Positions 1-9,655 of a stretch of DNA of 64,000 bases are shown piece after piece. The notes under the pieces were generated by a model that saw only the letters and a program-made list of their open reading frames with translations, did no database searches and was not told where the DNA came from. This DNA comes from Candidatus Ornithoclostridium excrementipullorum (GTDB taxonomy: Bacteria > Bacillota > Clostridia > Christensenellales > UBA3700). Numbering within the stretch: position 1 is the stretch's first letter; the number at the start of each line of letters is the position of its first letter. Where the stretch lies: contig DVKK01000047.1 of the NCBI GenBank assembly GCA_018716085.1, positions 908-64,907 of the forward strand, given 5' to 3'. The translations under genes were made by a program, and so were the position numbers.

Positions 1-224
1 GAGAGGATCGTAAAATTGGCGGCGGGTGAAAACGAATGACAAGATGTTTTGTCTTTCGCGCGGAGAGCGTAAACGAAAACGCCTCTCCCGTCAAGGGTAA
101 AGTGCATTGCCTGGCAACCCTTGACGGGCTCGAGAAGACGGACAGGGCATAAGAAAACATTGCGTTTCCGTTTGGTCCGCTCCCGTCGAAAGACAGAAAA
201 CAAACCGAAAAGGAGGTAATATCA

Positions 225-1742
225 ATGAAAACTGCGGTGATATATGCGAGATATTCCAGCGCAAGTCAAACAGAACAGTCCATCGAAGGACAGCTGCACG
301 TGTGCAATCAATTTGCCAAAGCCAACGATCTCATCGTGGTGGATACATACATAGACCGCGCAATGACGGGGACAAACGACAATCGGGCGGCTTTTCAACG
401 AATGCTTGCGGACAGCGCGAGCGCGACTTGGGAAGTGGTGCTTGTCTACGCGATAGACAGATTCGGCAGGAATTCCGTGGAAGTTGCGCTCAACAAGCAG
501 AGATTGAAGAGCAACAATAAGATCTTGATATCCGCTACGCAAAGAACATCCGAGAACTTGGATGGCACGAAAAACTTGGACGGCATCTTGCTCGAAAACG
601 TTTATATCGGAATAGCGGAATACTATTCGGCAGAGCTTTCGCAAAAGATACGCAGAGGCTTGAAAGAGAGTCGCAGCAAGGGATTGTTTTGCGGAGGTAA
701 AGTTCCGTTCGGATACAAAGTCGTGGACAGACGATTTCGGATAGACAAAGACGACGCGGAAGTAGTCAAGTATATCTTCGAACGCTATCATGCCGGGGTG
801 TATGTGTCGGATATCGTAAAGACGCTCAACGACAAGGGCTTGACCAATCGAGGCAAGAAGTTTACGAGCAATATGGTATACGGGATCTTGCGAAACGAAA
901 GATATACCGGCAGCTGTGAGATCGCGGGAGAAAGATACGACAATATCTTCCCGAAGATAGTCGACGCAAAACTGTTCGAGACAACTCGCGTCAAGATAGA
1001 GAAAAACAGGCTCGGCTCGCGCAGCGTTCAGGCAGTATATCTGCTTCGAAACAAAGTGAAGTGCGGATATTGCGGAAGACCCATAAGCGCGGAGACCGGC
1101 ACGTCGTGCAAAGGAAATGTGATGAGATATTACAAGTGCCTCGGAGTCAAGAAAGATCATAACGGTTGTCCGAGCGTCCCTTTGAGAAAAGATTATCTCG
1201 AAAATCTCGTCACCGAATGCGTTATATCCGAAATGAGCAAGCCGGAAGTGCTGGACAGACTTGTAAAAACGTTGCTTCAAGTGCAGGACAGGCAGACCAA
1301 AGAAAACACGGCGTTGAGCTTGCTTATCAAGGAGAGAAAGAAAACGCAAACAGCGCTCGACAATATAGTATCCGCCATAGAGCGCGGAATAATATCCGAA
1401 ACGACCAATAAACGGTTGCACGAACTCGAAACCAAGCTACGTGAATGTGAAGAAATGATAGCGATAGAGAAAAGCCGAGAAAAGATAAAGCTTACCGAAT
1501 ACGAAATACGACGATATTACGCTTTGGCGCTCAAGCAGGAAATCGCTTTGGCGATCAACTTCCTCGTAAAAGAGATAATAGTCTTCAAAGACAAAATAGA
1601 AATAATATTCAACAGCCCTTTGAATGGTCCCGACGAAAATCGGGATCATTGTTTTTATGAACAGTTTCGATATATCTCCGTTACGGCGTTTGCCCAATAT
1701 CAGACAGACAAAAGAGCTATCCTTGTCAAGATGAGCGTATGA
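225..1742 (+). CDS. large serine recombinase
   Basis: N-terminus MKTAVIYARYSSASQTEQSIEGQ is a resolvase-type catalytic Ser motif. A CGYCG...YYKC...C cysteine cluster (zinc ribbon) and a C-terminal coiled-coil-like region follow. GGAGG lies upstream of the ATG. Confidence 0.9.
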   Translation: MKTAVIYARYSSASQTEQSIEGQLHVCNQFAKANDLIVVDTYIDRAMTGTNDNRAAFQRMLADSASATWEVVLVYAIDRFGRNSVEVALNKQRLKSNNKILISATQRTSENLDGTKNLDGILLENVYIGIAEYYSAELSQKIRRGLKESRSKGLFCGGKVPFGYKVVDRRFRIDKDDAEVVKYIFERYHAGVYVSDIVKTLNDKGLTNRGKKFTSNMVYGILRNERYTGSCEIAGERYDNIFPKIVDAKLFETTRVKIEKNRLGSRSVQAVYLLRNKVKCGYCGRPISAETGTSCKGNVMRYYKCLGVKKDHNGCPSVPLRKDYLENLVTECVISEMSKPEVLDRLVKTLLQVQDRQTKENTALSLLIKERKKTQTALDNIVSAIERGIISETTNKRLHELETKLRECEEMIAIEKSREKIKLTEYEIRRYYALALKQEIALAINFLVKEIIVFKDKIEIIFNSPLNGPDENRDHCFYEQFRYISVTAFAQYQTDKRAILVKMSV

Positions 1743-1957
1743 TCCGAAATTTGCCCTTTCGCTTTGGCATTTTCGCACAGGCGTTGCGGAAGTAAACGGA
1801 AAAACATTTGCTTACGATACGCATTTAGCAACTATGATGCAAATATTTTTTGAGCCCGTTGACTTCCGGCAAAGACATCAAGGCGGTGGCGATTTATTCC
1901 GCCTGTGCAAAGTTGCCTGCGCCGAAAAGGCAAAATACAATTTCGGAGGTTGACCAA

Positions 1958-2605
1958 ATGAAAAAGATGAAATGCAGCAAAAAGCACACTCTCGGTGACG
2001 TAGAATTCTTCGATGTCACGATAACCGAGAAAAACCTCTTGCTTATCAGCGAAAAGATAGCTTTGAGGGCGTTAAAAACGGCAAGAGCATATTCTTGCGG
2101 TAAATTGGACAAATTGTTCAATTGTCTGCGATACGATATCTACCATCCCCACAACGATCCCGATCATATCTTCTCGGACGGCTACGATATCGTGCAATCG
2201 GTAGCGATGTTCTTATGCCCGCATATAGGCAAAACATTGGCAAGTCCGCTTTGCAAGGATAAATACGGAAATGAGATAAGCCTCGGAAAGGCAGGTTTCA
2301 GGTGCGCAGACAGATATATCCTCAAACATTTCCGAACGGAAAACAGCTATATAGCAAGGCTCGATGATTGCGTAAAATACGAATATCATATCGAAGCAAT
2401 CGACGACATGGACGCCAAACAAGCCAAGGCAGAGGATATAACGCGCCAAATGCGGCTCACAAAAGGCGAAAAGCAAGTGCTCGACTGCTATCTTGCCGGA
2501 ATGACCTATTGCAGTATAGCGCGCAATTTGGGCGTTGACAACACAACGGTGTGGCGCAGACGGCAAAACATGCAAAAGAAATATCTTGTCATAGCGTCTC
2601 ATTGA
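1958..2605 (+). CDS. sigma-70 region-4-like / LuxR-like HTH protein of mobile elements
   Basis: C-terminus LTKGEKQVLDCYLAGMTYCSIARNLGVDNTTVWRRRQNMQKKY is HTH-like. Start reassigned to ATG 1958, preceded by GGAGG (1945..1949) and a TTGCCT-17-TACAAT promoter. Confidence 0.6.
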   Translation: MKKMKCSKKHTLGDVEFFDVTITEKNLLLISEKIALRALKTARAYSCGKLDKLFNCLRYDIYHPHNDPDHIFSDGYDIVQSVAMFLCPHIGKTLASPLCKDKYGNEISLGKAGFRCADRYILKHFRTENSYIARLDDCVKYEYHIEAIDDMDAKQAKAEDITRQMRLTKGEKQVLDCYLAGMTYCSIARNLGVDNTTVWRRRQNMQKKYLVIASH

Positions 2606-2622
2606 CCACAAAAACGCGCAAT

Positions 2623-2661
2623 AAAAAAGTAACCAAAATTGACTTGTTCAATTTTGGTTAC
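2623..2661 (-). terminator. intrinsic terminator of ssrA (hairpin usable in both directions)
   Basis: 13-bp perfect inverted repeat gtaaccaaaattg/caattttggttac (2629..2661). It is flanked by an A-run on the plus strand, which is a T-run on the minus strand. Confidence 0.6.
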
Positions 2662-2664
2662 GAT

Positions 2665-3012
2665 TGGTGGAGCTGAGGGGAGTTGAACCCCTGTCCAAGA
2701 AAATTTTCAGGCCGCTTTCTACATACTTATCGGATGTTTATCGTCCCGTGCAGGCTACGTCCGCAAAGCCTGTTCCGGCAAGCCGCAAGATCTTGTCGCG
2801 TCGACTGCGGCGCATCGCCGCGACCCTTTTCCACTGACCGATGTCCGTAGGGGAGCGTGGAGATCCCCCGGGACAGCTTAGCTGCAATTAGGCAGCGTAA
2901 GCGATTTGCTGATTGTTTTTAGCGTTTAATTTTAGGTTTCCGTTTTTACGAAGCCGAGCCTTCGGTATGCTTACGAGCCCGTCCGTTCCCCTGTCGAAGC
3001 CGAGACAGCCCC
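2665..3012 (-). ncRNA. ssrA: tmRNA
   Basis: The minus strand starts GGGGCTGTCTCGGCTTCGACAGGGG and ends GGGGTTCAACTCCCCTCAGCTCCACCA. The acceptor stem has a G3:U70 pair. Internal tag reading frame GCT AAA AAC AAT CAG CAA ATC GCT TAC GCT GCC TAA encodes AKNNQQIAYAA. Confidence 0.9.
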
Positions 3013-3024
3013 ATGTGCCATAAT

Positions 3025-3053
3025 ATGATATCACCGATTTGATTGTTTGTCAA
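3025..3053 (-). promoter_or_regulatory. sigma-70-type promoter of ssrA
   Basis: Minus strand reads TTGACA (3053..3048), 17-nt spacer, TATCAT (3030..3025), about 12 nt upstream of the mature 5' end. Confidence 0.55.
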
Positions 3054-3096
3054 ATACGTAAATATATACCGTTTGCGGGATGCCGTAACCAAGATA

Positions 3097-4128
3097 TCAG
3101 CGGCTGCGGAAGAGCGAGGCGAGAGGAGAGAAAACGCTTTCGAAATATTCCGCCGCGCGGGCAGCGTTTTCCGAATCTGCTTCGGACATATTGTCGGGAT
3201 CTATCGCCGCGAGAGCGTCGAACGCCGCGAGGGCGTCTTCGGGCTCGACGGACGGACTGTCGGGAGCCAATGCGCTGACCGCCGCCGCCAACGCCGAGGC
3301 GAAATCGGCTTTGTCGAATCCTGTCTGCTCCGCGGCGTATCGGCAAACCGCGACGGCAAAATGTGCGCGGTCGGGCAGATACATGAACAGATCCAGCACG
3401 GTTTCTCTGTCTGCAGAGCGCAACACTGCGGCGGCGGAATTTACTCCGCTGCCGTATTCCGCGCAGTAGCCTTCCCCGAACGCGAGATCCATCAGGTACA
3501 GCTCGGAAAAGTCGGTTTCTCCCGTCACAGTCACCGCATAATCGTATGCGTTCAGGATCGACTTCAACGCGACCTGACCGAGCACGTCGTCGGCGGAGCG
3601 CACTTCGTATACGGTCTGCGCCGTTTCGTCGAAAGCGTCTTTGCCGTTTGCGGCTATCTTTTCGCAGATATTCATTATCTGCGCCAAAGACGCGGTCATA
3701 TGATCGGAAGAGATCGCCGAAAGACTGCCGCCCGTATCGGAAAACAAACTTGTGAGTTTTTCACGCAGAGAAGCGTATTTGAAAAGGGCGAACGGATCTG
3801 CGGCGGCGGGCGCGTCGTAATACGCGTCTGCGGCTCCGAGTACCAATTCGCCGTTTTCGGCGAATGCACATATGAGAGAGTACAGAGCGTCCGCTCCGTC
3901 GTCGAATTCTGTTTTATCTCCGTCGAAAGTCTTCGATACTTTTTCCGCGTCGTCGAGCAGCAGGGAGAGTTGACTTGCGGTGACGCCGTGTTCATTCAGA
4001 TACGCGCACAGCGCGGCTTCGTTGTTGAGAACGAAAGCCAGCGACAGGAATACGCAGATCGCCGCCGCTGCGATAAACGCAACGGCGGCGACGGCTATTT
4101 TGAGTATCTTTGCGCGCTTTGCGCTCAT
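3097..4128 (-). CDS. membrane-anchored Ala/Asp-rich helical protein, unknown function
   Basis: N-terminal TM helix ILKIAVAAVAFIAAAAICVFLSLAFVL. Its ATG overlaps the stop of the upstream giant gene (ATGA at 4125..4128). The opposite-strand ORF 3043..4155 has Arg-rich antisense-type composition. Confidence 0.7.
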   Translation of the reverse strand: MSAKRAKILKIAVAAVAFIAAAAICVFLSLAFVLNNEAALCAYLNEHGVTASQLSLLLDDAEKVSKTFDGDKTEFDDGADALYSLICAFAENGELVLGAADAYYDAPAAADPFALFKYASLREKLTSLFSDTGGSLSAISSDHMTASLAQIMNICEKIAANGKDAFDETAQTVYEVRSADDVLGQVALKSILNAYDYAVTVTGETDFSELYLMDLAFGEGYCAEYGSGVNSAAAVLRSADRETVLDLFMYLPDRAHFAVAVCRYAAEQTGFDKADFASALAAAVSALAPDSPSVEPEDALAAFDALAAIDPDNMSEADSENAARAAEYFESVFSPLASLFRSR

Positions 4129-7100
4129 TTAGTATACAGGAGGGATCCGACCTGACAGGGCGATTCGTCTATAATGATCGTCAGAGTCTGTTCGTCCGCA
4201 GACAGCGACGTGTCGAAACTTGCGTCGACGCTGACGCTGAGTCCGTATTCCGCGAGCGTATCGGAGATCTCAGCGATCGTCATGCCGGAAACGTCGATTT
4301 CGCGATAATCTCCGTATCCCGAAGCATCCAGCCTTATCGATATTGTACCTTTATCGATAATTATTTCATCGTAAGAGCAATTCTGCGCATAGGTAGCCTG
4401 CGCAAGATCGGCAGATTCAAAATATGCATCTTGCATAAAATACACATCGAGGGAAGTGAAGGCTCCCGCATATCCGATCCTGTATCTGAGCATATCTCCG
4501 AAGTCTTCCTCGACGGATACGGTGACTTCGCTGTGATCGACAAGCTCCTCCTCGGCTACACCGTGTCCGTATTCGACGGTGAGGGTGAAGTCCTCGCCCG
4601 CGACGGGGGCACGGTTCTCCGTCAATATTATCGGGTCGGGAGATATGGAAATGCCCGTCACGAGTTCGGCTTCCGCATCGGGTATCACGACGTAGTAGTC
4701 CGGGATGCACAAATACGCATAGGTCGTCGATACGGACAGCGACCAGCCGTTTTCGCCGGGGGTAAAGGAAATCACGGCGTCGTCGTACGTTTTTTCGAAT
4801 TCGGAAAGCGTTGCTTCGCCGATATCGTAATTGACCCTGATAATATCTTTATACGTTTCGCTGTCGATTTCGCTCTGCTTGAATACGTTGCGGGGGGCAT
4901 CAAAATAATCGAACCGGCGTATGACTTGGGCGTCGTTGTCGACGACGGAGTAGTGTACGGTCGAGAGAAGCACGTCGGCGTCGATACCGTTGACGGTGCC
5001 CGCGATGCGGAGCTGCGCGGTACGCAGACCTCCCTCGGCGCCGTCAAAAGTCGGTTCGAGGTAGATCCCGATGTCGTAGCCTTTCTGCTCCCAGTACGCA
5101 TTCATATAGGATATAACGCTCAGCCCTGCGGTGTTTCCGTTAAAATCGACGTCGAAGGCGTTGTGGTTGAATTGCATGATCTCACCTTCCATAGTTCCGA
5201 ACAGAGCGTCGGACAGGTCGTCGATATCGGAGCCCGTAGCCAGAGCTACAGAGCTGAGTTCGAAGCTGTAATTGTAGTAGGTGGATATCGCCCACGCTAT
5301 GGATTTCACTTCCACATCCGTATGTCCGGTGATCGTTAACCCGTTGTAGCTGTAGGTAACGTCGGCGGTGACGGAACCTCCTTCGGACGTATCCGCATAG
5401 ACGGTTATCTTGTCGTATTCCGAGGCGTCGACGTTGAGAGAGGAGTATCCGTAACCGAATTTGACGGAAACGGTGAAGTCTTGAGGAGAGAGGGTTCCGC
5501 CCTGCAAAACGTAGTCATTGCCGTCCTGAGGAGCAAACTGCGCCTGTATCGAAGTGGGCATGAGCGCCAGCGCGTCTGATATCACCCGTACCGACAGAGT
5601 GCAGTTGTAATAGCCGACGCGAAGAGATATCTTATATTGGTCGAACGTTATGTCAACTCCGTCTATGTTGTAGGACACCTTTCCGGTCTTCTCCGCGGTC
5701 AGACTGACGTTGTCGCCGTCGAGCGAGCCGTAGTCGTCCAAAGTTTTTATCGACCCGTCCGTCATAGTGAGAGTGATCCCGAGCCCGTCGAAGTTTTCAG
5801 TCAGCCTTTGCAGGAAGGCGTTGACATCGGAGATATCGCTTTCACTGAAGACCGTTTGACCGATAATCATACTTTGAACGAATTGTTCGTCCAAAGGCGC
5901 GCTGAAAGAAGTGGATCCTACGGTTACGTTGACCGAAACAATTTCGGCAGGATCCTGGTCGGGAGAGTAGACGGCGTATTCGAAGGATCTCTGTCGGAGG
6001 ACTTCGCCGTCGTTGTTGACCAGGCTTACGGTGGCGGTCTTGCCGTACGTCAATGCCGACGTGTCAACGCTTATCTGTAATTCGACCCCGTATTGCTCGA
6101 GATCGGCGTTAAGCTCCGCCACCGTTTTGGTTTTGCTGTAATTTGCCGGATAGTATTTGAATCCGAGGTAGACGCTCGGTTGCAGTTCGCCCGACGTAGT
6201 CGCGTCCTCGCCTTTGGTAAACAGGACGCTTGAGTCGATACTCAGAGAAGAAGAAGTGACCGTAAGGGCTTCCTGCATGGTAACGACCGTGACTTCGGCG
6301 GATCGGGAGCTGTCGTACGTATCAAGACCGGACAGCGATACGGTAAAGGTCTGCTTTCCGAGCTGCGAGGGGTCGAGACCGTCCGTTACGACCTGTATAT
6401 CGTCGTAGAAGCCGGGGATCTCTCTCGCGTTGATACCATAAGACATGATGACGTTGAAGTCAGCAATGAAAGTGCCGTTCTGCGGCAAAACATTGCAGTA
6501 GTCGTATGACACATCCGTTATGTTCGATTCGAGGTTGTCGGGATCGAACACGCTGTAAACTATCGGGAAGGATACCGTGCCGAAGATCGGGTCGGTATAC
6601 GATCCCTTGGCGACGTACAGTCCTGCGGGCTGCGAAGTGTCCATGTCGGTGATCGTAAGTTCGTGGTTGCCGGTGCTCACCATAAGACCGCTCGTCTTGT
6701 GGATAAACGTTTCGGGAACGTGACTGTTCATCGTCAGCATCGATTCTGCGGCATCTACTGAAGAGCCCTTCATCACGATCAGACCGGGCAGAGTGTGCCT
6801 GGAGTTGTACAGTTCGAACTTGCTCGCCGTGGCGCTGTCGTAGGCATAGCAGTCGACTGTGGCGGAGCAGCCCTCGATCGTGACCGTTGCGGTGAAAGCG
6901 CCTTCCTTCGTGCTGTCGAACGCTATCGCGTAGTTGCTCAGGTCCGTCACGGTCATCGACGTGCCGAGGTCGGCGTCGTAGAACGTGAACATCGCATACG
7001 AAGAGAGCGCCGAGACGAGGTCGTCCTTTTGCGTGCCTACGGGCACGAATACGGTATTAGTTTGCATGACGTCGAGATAGTCGTCGGACGAAATGCGTTC

Positions 7101-9296
7101 GCCGCCGATCGCAGCCTGCAGACTCTTTCCGAGAGAGAGCAGTTCTTCGTCCGAGAAGTCGTCTACGTCTTTGACGACGCTTGCCTGCATGAAGTCTACG
7201 AGAGCCGACAAGTTTACCTCGAACATCATCTCGGCGAGCTTCGACACGCTGTCGATCGCCTTCTTTTCTTTGAGCGACAGAGTCCGGTAATCAGTATATA
7301 TAAATGCCGCTATCTTAGCGCCGAGATAACCGAATTTCTGAGTTTTCTCGGTCGGATCGGTTTCCTTGGCATAGTCGTCGTAGTCGAGATAGACTCCCGC
7401 CACGAAGTCTGCCGTAAGGCGGGTGAGCGCGTTGGCGAGGGCTTTGTCTGCCGCAAGGATCCCCTCCGCGATACCTGCGAAGTCGAACATATTCATTTCG
7501 TCGACGCCCCAGATGTCCATGAGCTCGGACAGGAAATCCTGTACGGCTTTGACCAGAAGCGGATCGTCTGCGAAGGTGACGTTGAGCTGTTTCATGATAT
7601 TGCCGAATTCGTTGATCTGCGCGACCATCTCCTTATAGGAAAGGCCCGCCGCGTCGCCGCTGAGGAGCGATTCGATATCGCCCAACATTACGGTATTGAA
7701 AACGTCTTTGGCAAAAATCAGGAAGTCTGTCATCTTCTCGCCGTCGTAATCGCACGCCGCGCCGATCGAGTCTAAAAGCGCGTTTACGATATATACGGTC
7801 TTCGGCGAAGCGAGAAGTTCGAGAGTATCTTTTTCGGGAGATCTGTGCCCTTCGTCGGGCGCAACGTAGCCGAGGAAGAATTCGAGAAGTTCGGGATCTT
7901 CGCCGATCGCGGCTTCGAGCTGTTCGTAAGTAAGATGGTGATGGGAATTGCCGGAGAAGTATCCGCCGAGTATGTCAAGCGAGTACGAAAGGTTGGCATC
8001 GTAATCCCAATCGGAGATATCGGCTCCGACATCGGCAGGTCTTTCGGAAACGACCGCGGTGAAAAATGCCGAGAAGATCGCCGCCGCGTTCTCAGCCGAA
8101 ACGTTCGTTTTCAGATAAGATACCGCTTCGATCATTATGGCAATGTTTTCTTTGGTGAAGATCTTATTTAAACAGGCTGCTGCCTTTTCGTCGGAAGTAA
8201 CGTCGATTAATTCTCCGAGAAGTTTCAGGAGCGGCGCTCCGTCTGCGGTCATTATGTCTGCAAGCGACGAAATAACGTCGTTGGAAACGCCGGCATGATC
8301 GAATATAGAGAGGATTATTTCAAGATCGTCTTCGTTCATATCTTCGCAGCTTACGTCGAAGTATGCCAGTACGCTGTCGATATCTTCTATAAGTTGTTCT
8401 CTGTCGAGCGCTACCGTCGCGGGATCGTCCGGGGTGCCGAAGTCGAGAGCGTAGACCTTTATCTTAGCGGTCACCGTTGCGCCGCCATAGGTCACGGTCA
8501 CGGTCTTTTCGCCCGCGGAAGAGGTGTCGAACCCCGTAAGCATATCTTCGGTTATCGCTATCACGCTGCCGTCGTAGACGAGGTAAGCGCCGTCGAGATA
8601 CGGCTCGTCGCCTATAAAATACACGCTCTGCCAGTCGCCGATCTCAATTTCGCCGGAAGGCTCGACCGAAGGCGCCGACACGTTTATCGTCATCTGTACG
8701 GTCTTGCCGCCGTATGTGACGGTCACCGTCTTTTCGCCTTCCGTGGAAGTGTCGAATCCGGTAAGCATATCCGCGGTCACTGTCACCGTACGGGTAGTGC
8801 CGTCGCTCATCGTTGCGGTCATATCGCAGGGGACGAACGCTTCGTTGAGCAGGTACTCGGTTTTCCACGCCTCGGGGGAGACGGACAGCGAAACGACCGT
8901 GACTTCCGATCTCGTACGCGTTATCGTGAACTTATATACCGCATACAGTTCGGGCGCTCCGTCATACCACCCCTTGAGCCAGAAGACGTTGTCGCCTTCG
9001 GCAAGAGGAAGCGTCTGTCCTTCCGCTTTCGCGGTGAGTTCGGCGTCGGTGTAGACCTCGTACACTATCGTCGCGCCTTCGGAAAATCTGATCGAAGACA
9101 GCGGGAAAGCGTCGATCGAGTTCTGCACTCGGAAAGAGACCGTTCTCGCTTCGTTGTCGATCACGGCGTCGCTGACTCCGTCGATGCCTTGGATCGGCAG
9201 AGTAAAAGCGCTCGAGTCGTCGCACGCCGCAAAGCCGACCAGCAGCGACGCGGTCATTACGACCAAAACGAGCGCGGACAAAAATTTTTTGTTCAT
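4125..9296 (-). CDS. giant surface lipoprotein with bacterial Ig-like repeats (adhesin-like)
   Basis: Signal peptide plus lipobox MNKKFLSALVLVVMTASLLVGFAAC. Repeated modules such as GEKTVTVTYGGKTV, GKQTFTVSLSG and GAFTATVTIEG. 1723 aa with no internal stops. Confidence 0.85.
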   Translation of the reverse strand: MNKKFLSALVLVVMTASLLVGFAACDDSSAFTLPIQGIDGVSDAVIDNEARTVSFRVQNSIDAFPLSSIRFSEGATIVYEVYTDAELTAKAEGQTLPLAEGDNVFWLKGWYDGAPELYAVYKFTITRTRSEVTVVSLSVSPEAWKTEYLLNEAFVPCDMTATMSDGTTRTVTVTADMLTGFDTSTEGEKTVTVTYGGKTVQMTINVSAPSVEPSGEIEIGDWQSVYFIGDEPYLDGAYLVYDGSVIAITEDMLTGFDTSSAGEKTVTVTYGGATVTAKIKVYALDFGTPDDPATVALDREQLIEDIDSVLAYFDVSCEDMNEDDLEIILSIFDHAGVSNDVISSLADIMTADGAPLLKLLGELIDVTSDEKAAACLNKIFTKENIAIMIEAVSYLKTNVSAENAAAIFSAFFTAVVSERPADVGADISDWDYDANLSYSLDILGGYFSGNSHHHLTYEQLEAAIGEDPELLEFFLGYVAPDEGHRSPEKDTLELLASPKTVYIVNALLDSIGAACDYDGEKMTDFLIFAKDVFNTVMLGDIESLLSGDAAGLSYKEMVAQINEFGNIMKQLNVTFADDPLLVKAVQDFLSELMDIWGVDEMNMFDFAGIAEGILAADKALANALTRLTADFVAGVYLDYDDYAKETDPTEKTQKFGYLGAKIAAFIYTDYRTLSLKEKKAIDSVSKLAEMMFEVNLSALVDFMQASVVKDVDDFSDEELLSLGKSLQAAIGGERISSDDYLDVMQTNTVFVPVGTQKDDLVSALSSYAMFTFYDADLGTSMTVTDLSNYAIAFDSTKEGAFTATVTIEGCSATVDCYAYDSATASKFELYNSRHTLPGLIVMKGSSVDAAESMLTMNSHVPETFIHKTSGLMVSTGNHELTITDMDTSQPAGLYVAKGSYTDPIFGTVSFPIVYSVFDPDNLESNITDVSYDYCNVLPQNGTFIADFNVIMSYGINAREIPGFYDDIQVVTDGLDPSQLGKQTFTVSLSGLDTYDSSRSAEVTVVTMQEALTVTSSSLSIDSSVLFTKGEDATTSGELQPSVYLGFKYYPANYSKTKTVAELNADLEQYGVELQISVDTSALTYGKTATVSLVNNDGEVLRQRSFEYAVYSPDQDPAEIVSVNVTVGSTSFSAPLDEQFVQSMIIGQTVFSESDISDVNAFLQRLTENFDGLGITLTMTDGSIKTLDDYGSLDGDNVSLTAEKTGKVSYNIDGVDITFDQYKISLRVGYYNCTLSVRVISDALALMPTSIQAQFAPQDGNDYVLQGGTLSPQDFTVSVKFGYGYSSLNVDASEYDKITVYADTSEGGSVTADVTYSYNGLTITGHTDVEVKSIAWAISTYYNYSFELSSVALATGSDIDDLSDALFGTMEGEIMQFNHNAFDVDFNGNTAGLSVISYMNAYWEQKGYDIGIYLEPTFDGAEGGLRTAQLRIAGTVNGIDADVLLSTVHYSVVDNDAQVIRRFDYFDAPRNVFKQSEIDSETYKDIIRVNYDIGEATLSEFEKTYDDAVISFTPGENGWSLSVSTTYAYLCIPDYYVVIPDAEAELVTGISISPDPIILTENRAPVAGEDFTLTVEYGHGVAEEELVDHSEVTVSVEEDFGDMLRYRIGYAGAFTSLDVYFMQDAYFESADLAQATYAQNCSYDEIIIDKGTISIRLDASGYGDYREIDVSGMTIAEISDTLAEYGLSVSVDASFDTSLSADEQTLTIIIDESPCQVGSLLYTK

Positions 9297-9361
9297 ATCG
9301 CATCTCCTCTTAATTGCAATATTTTCATCGAATACGGTATTCGACGCAACACTATATATTA

Positions 9362-9390
9362 ATAATACTATATTATAAGAAATTTGTCAA
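9362..9390 (-). promoter_or_regulatory. candidate promoter of the giant lipoprotein gene
   Basis: Minus strand reads TTGACA (9390..9385), 17 nt, TATTAT (9367..9362), 65 nt upstream of the ATG. Confidence 0.5.
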
Positions 9391-9611
9391 TGCCGAATAT
9401 GAAAAATATATCGCGAATTCGCCTGTTTTGTAAAAACCGCCTCATTTTGCAGGTTTTTTTGAGGCTTTTTCGGAGGAGATCGTCATCGACTGCGGGATCC
9501 GAAGTCAAGAGATAGCCGCATGACGCCCGATAGACCGCAGCGGGCAGTCAAGAGTGTATTTTACTTGAATTTATATCAATACAAATGTTTTCGTCGCGTA
9601 AAAACATACAA

Positions 9612-9641
9612 CAAAAAAGACGCGCCGCAAACGACGCGTCC
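9612..9641 (-). terminator. intrinsic terminator after serS
   Basis: Minus strand GACGCGTCG-TTTG-CGGCGCGTC followed by TTTTTTGT. Confidence 0.7.
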
Positions 9642-9655
9642 GGATAAGCCCGAAA

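Larger units (their letters stand above)
1..2622. mobile_element. putative right-hand end of an integrated element (continues left of the window)
   Basis: Contains a large serine recombinase and a sigma/HTH gene. GC is about 48% on hand-counted lines versus about 57-60% in neighbouring core genes. It ends next to the ssrA terminator. Confidence 0.4.

Noticed and set aside
222-1421. 399-aa ORF antisense to the serine recombinase gene
   Set aside because: The plus-strand product has the catalytic resolvase motif and zinc ribbon. The antisense product has no recognisable features or SD. I treat it as a chance or shadow ORF, although it is long for a ~48% GC region.
3043-4155. 370-aa plus-strand ORF opposite the 343-aa membrane-anchored protein gene
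   Set aside because: It is Arg-rich and low in complexity with no SD. The minus-strand gene has a TM helix and an ATGA coupling to the upstream lipoprotein gene, so the minus strand is the coding one.
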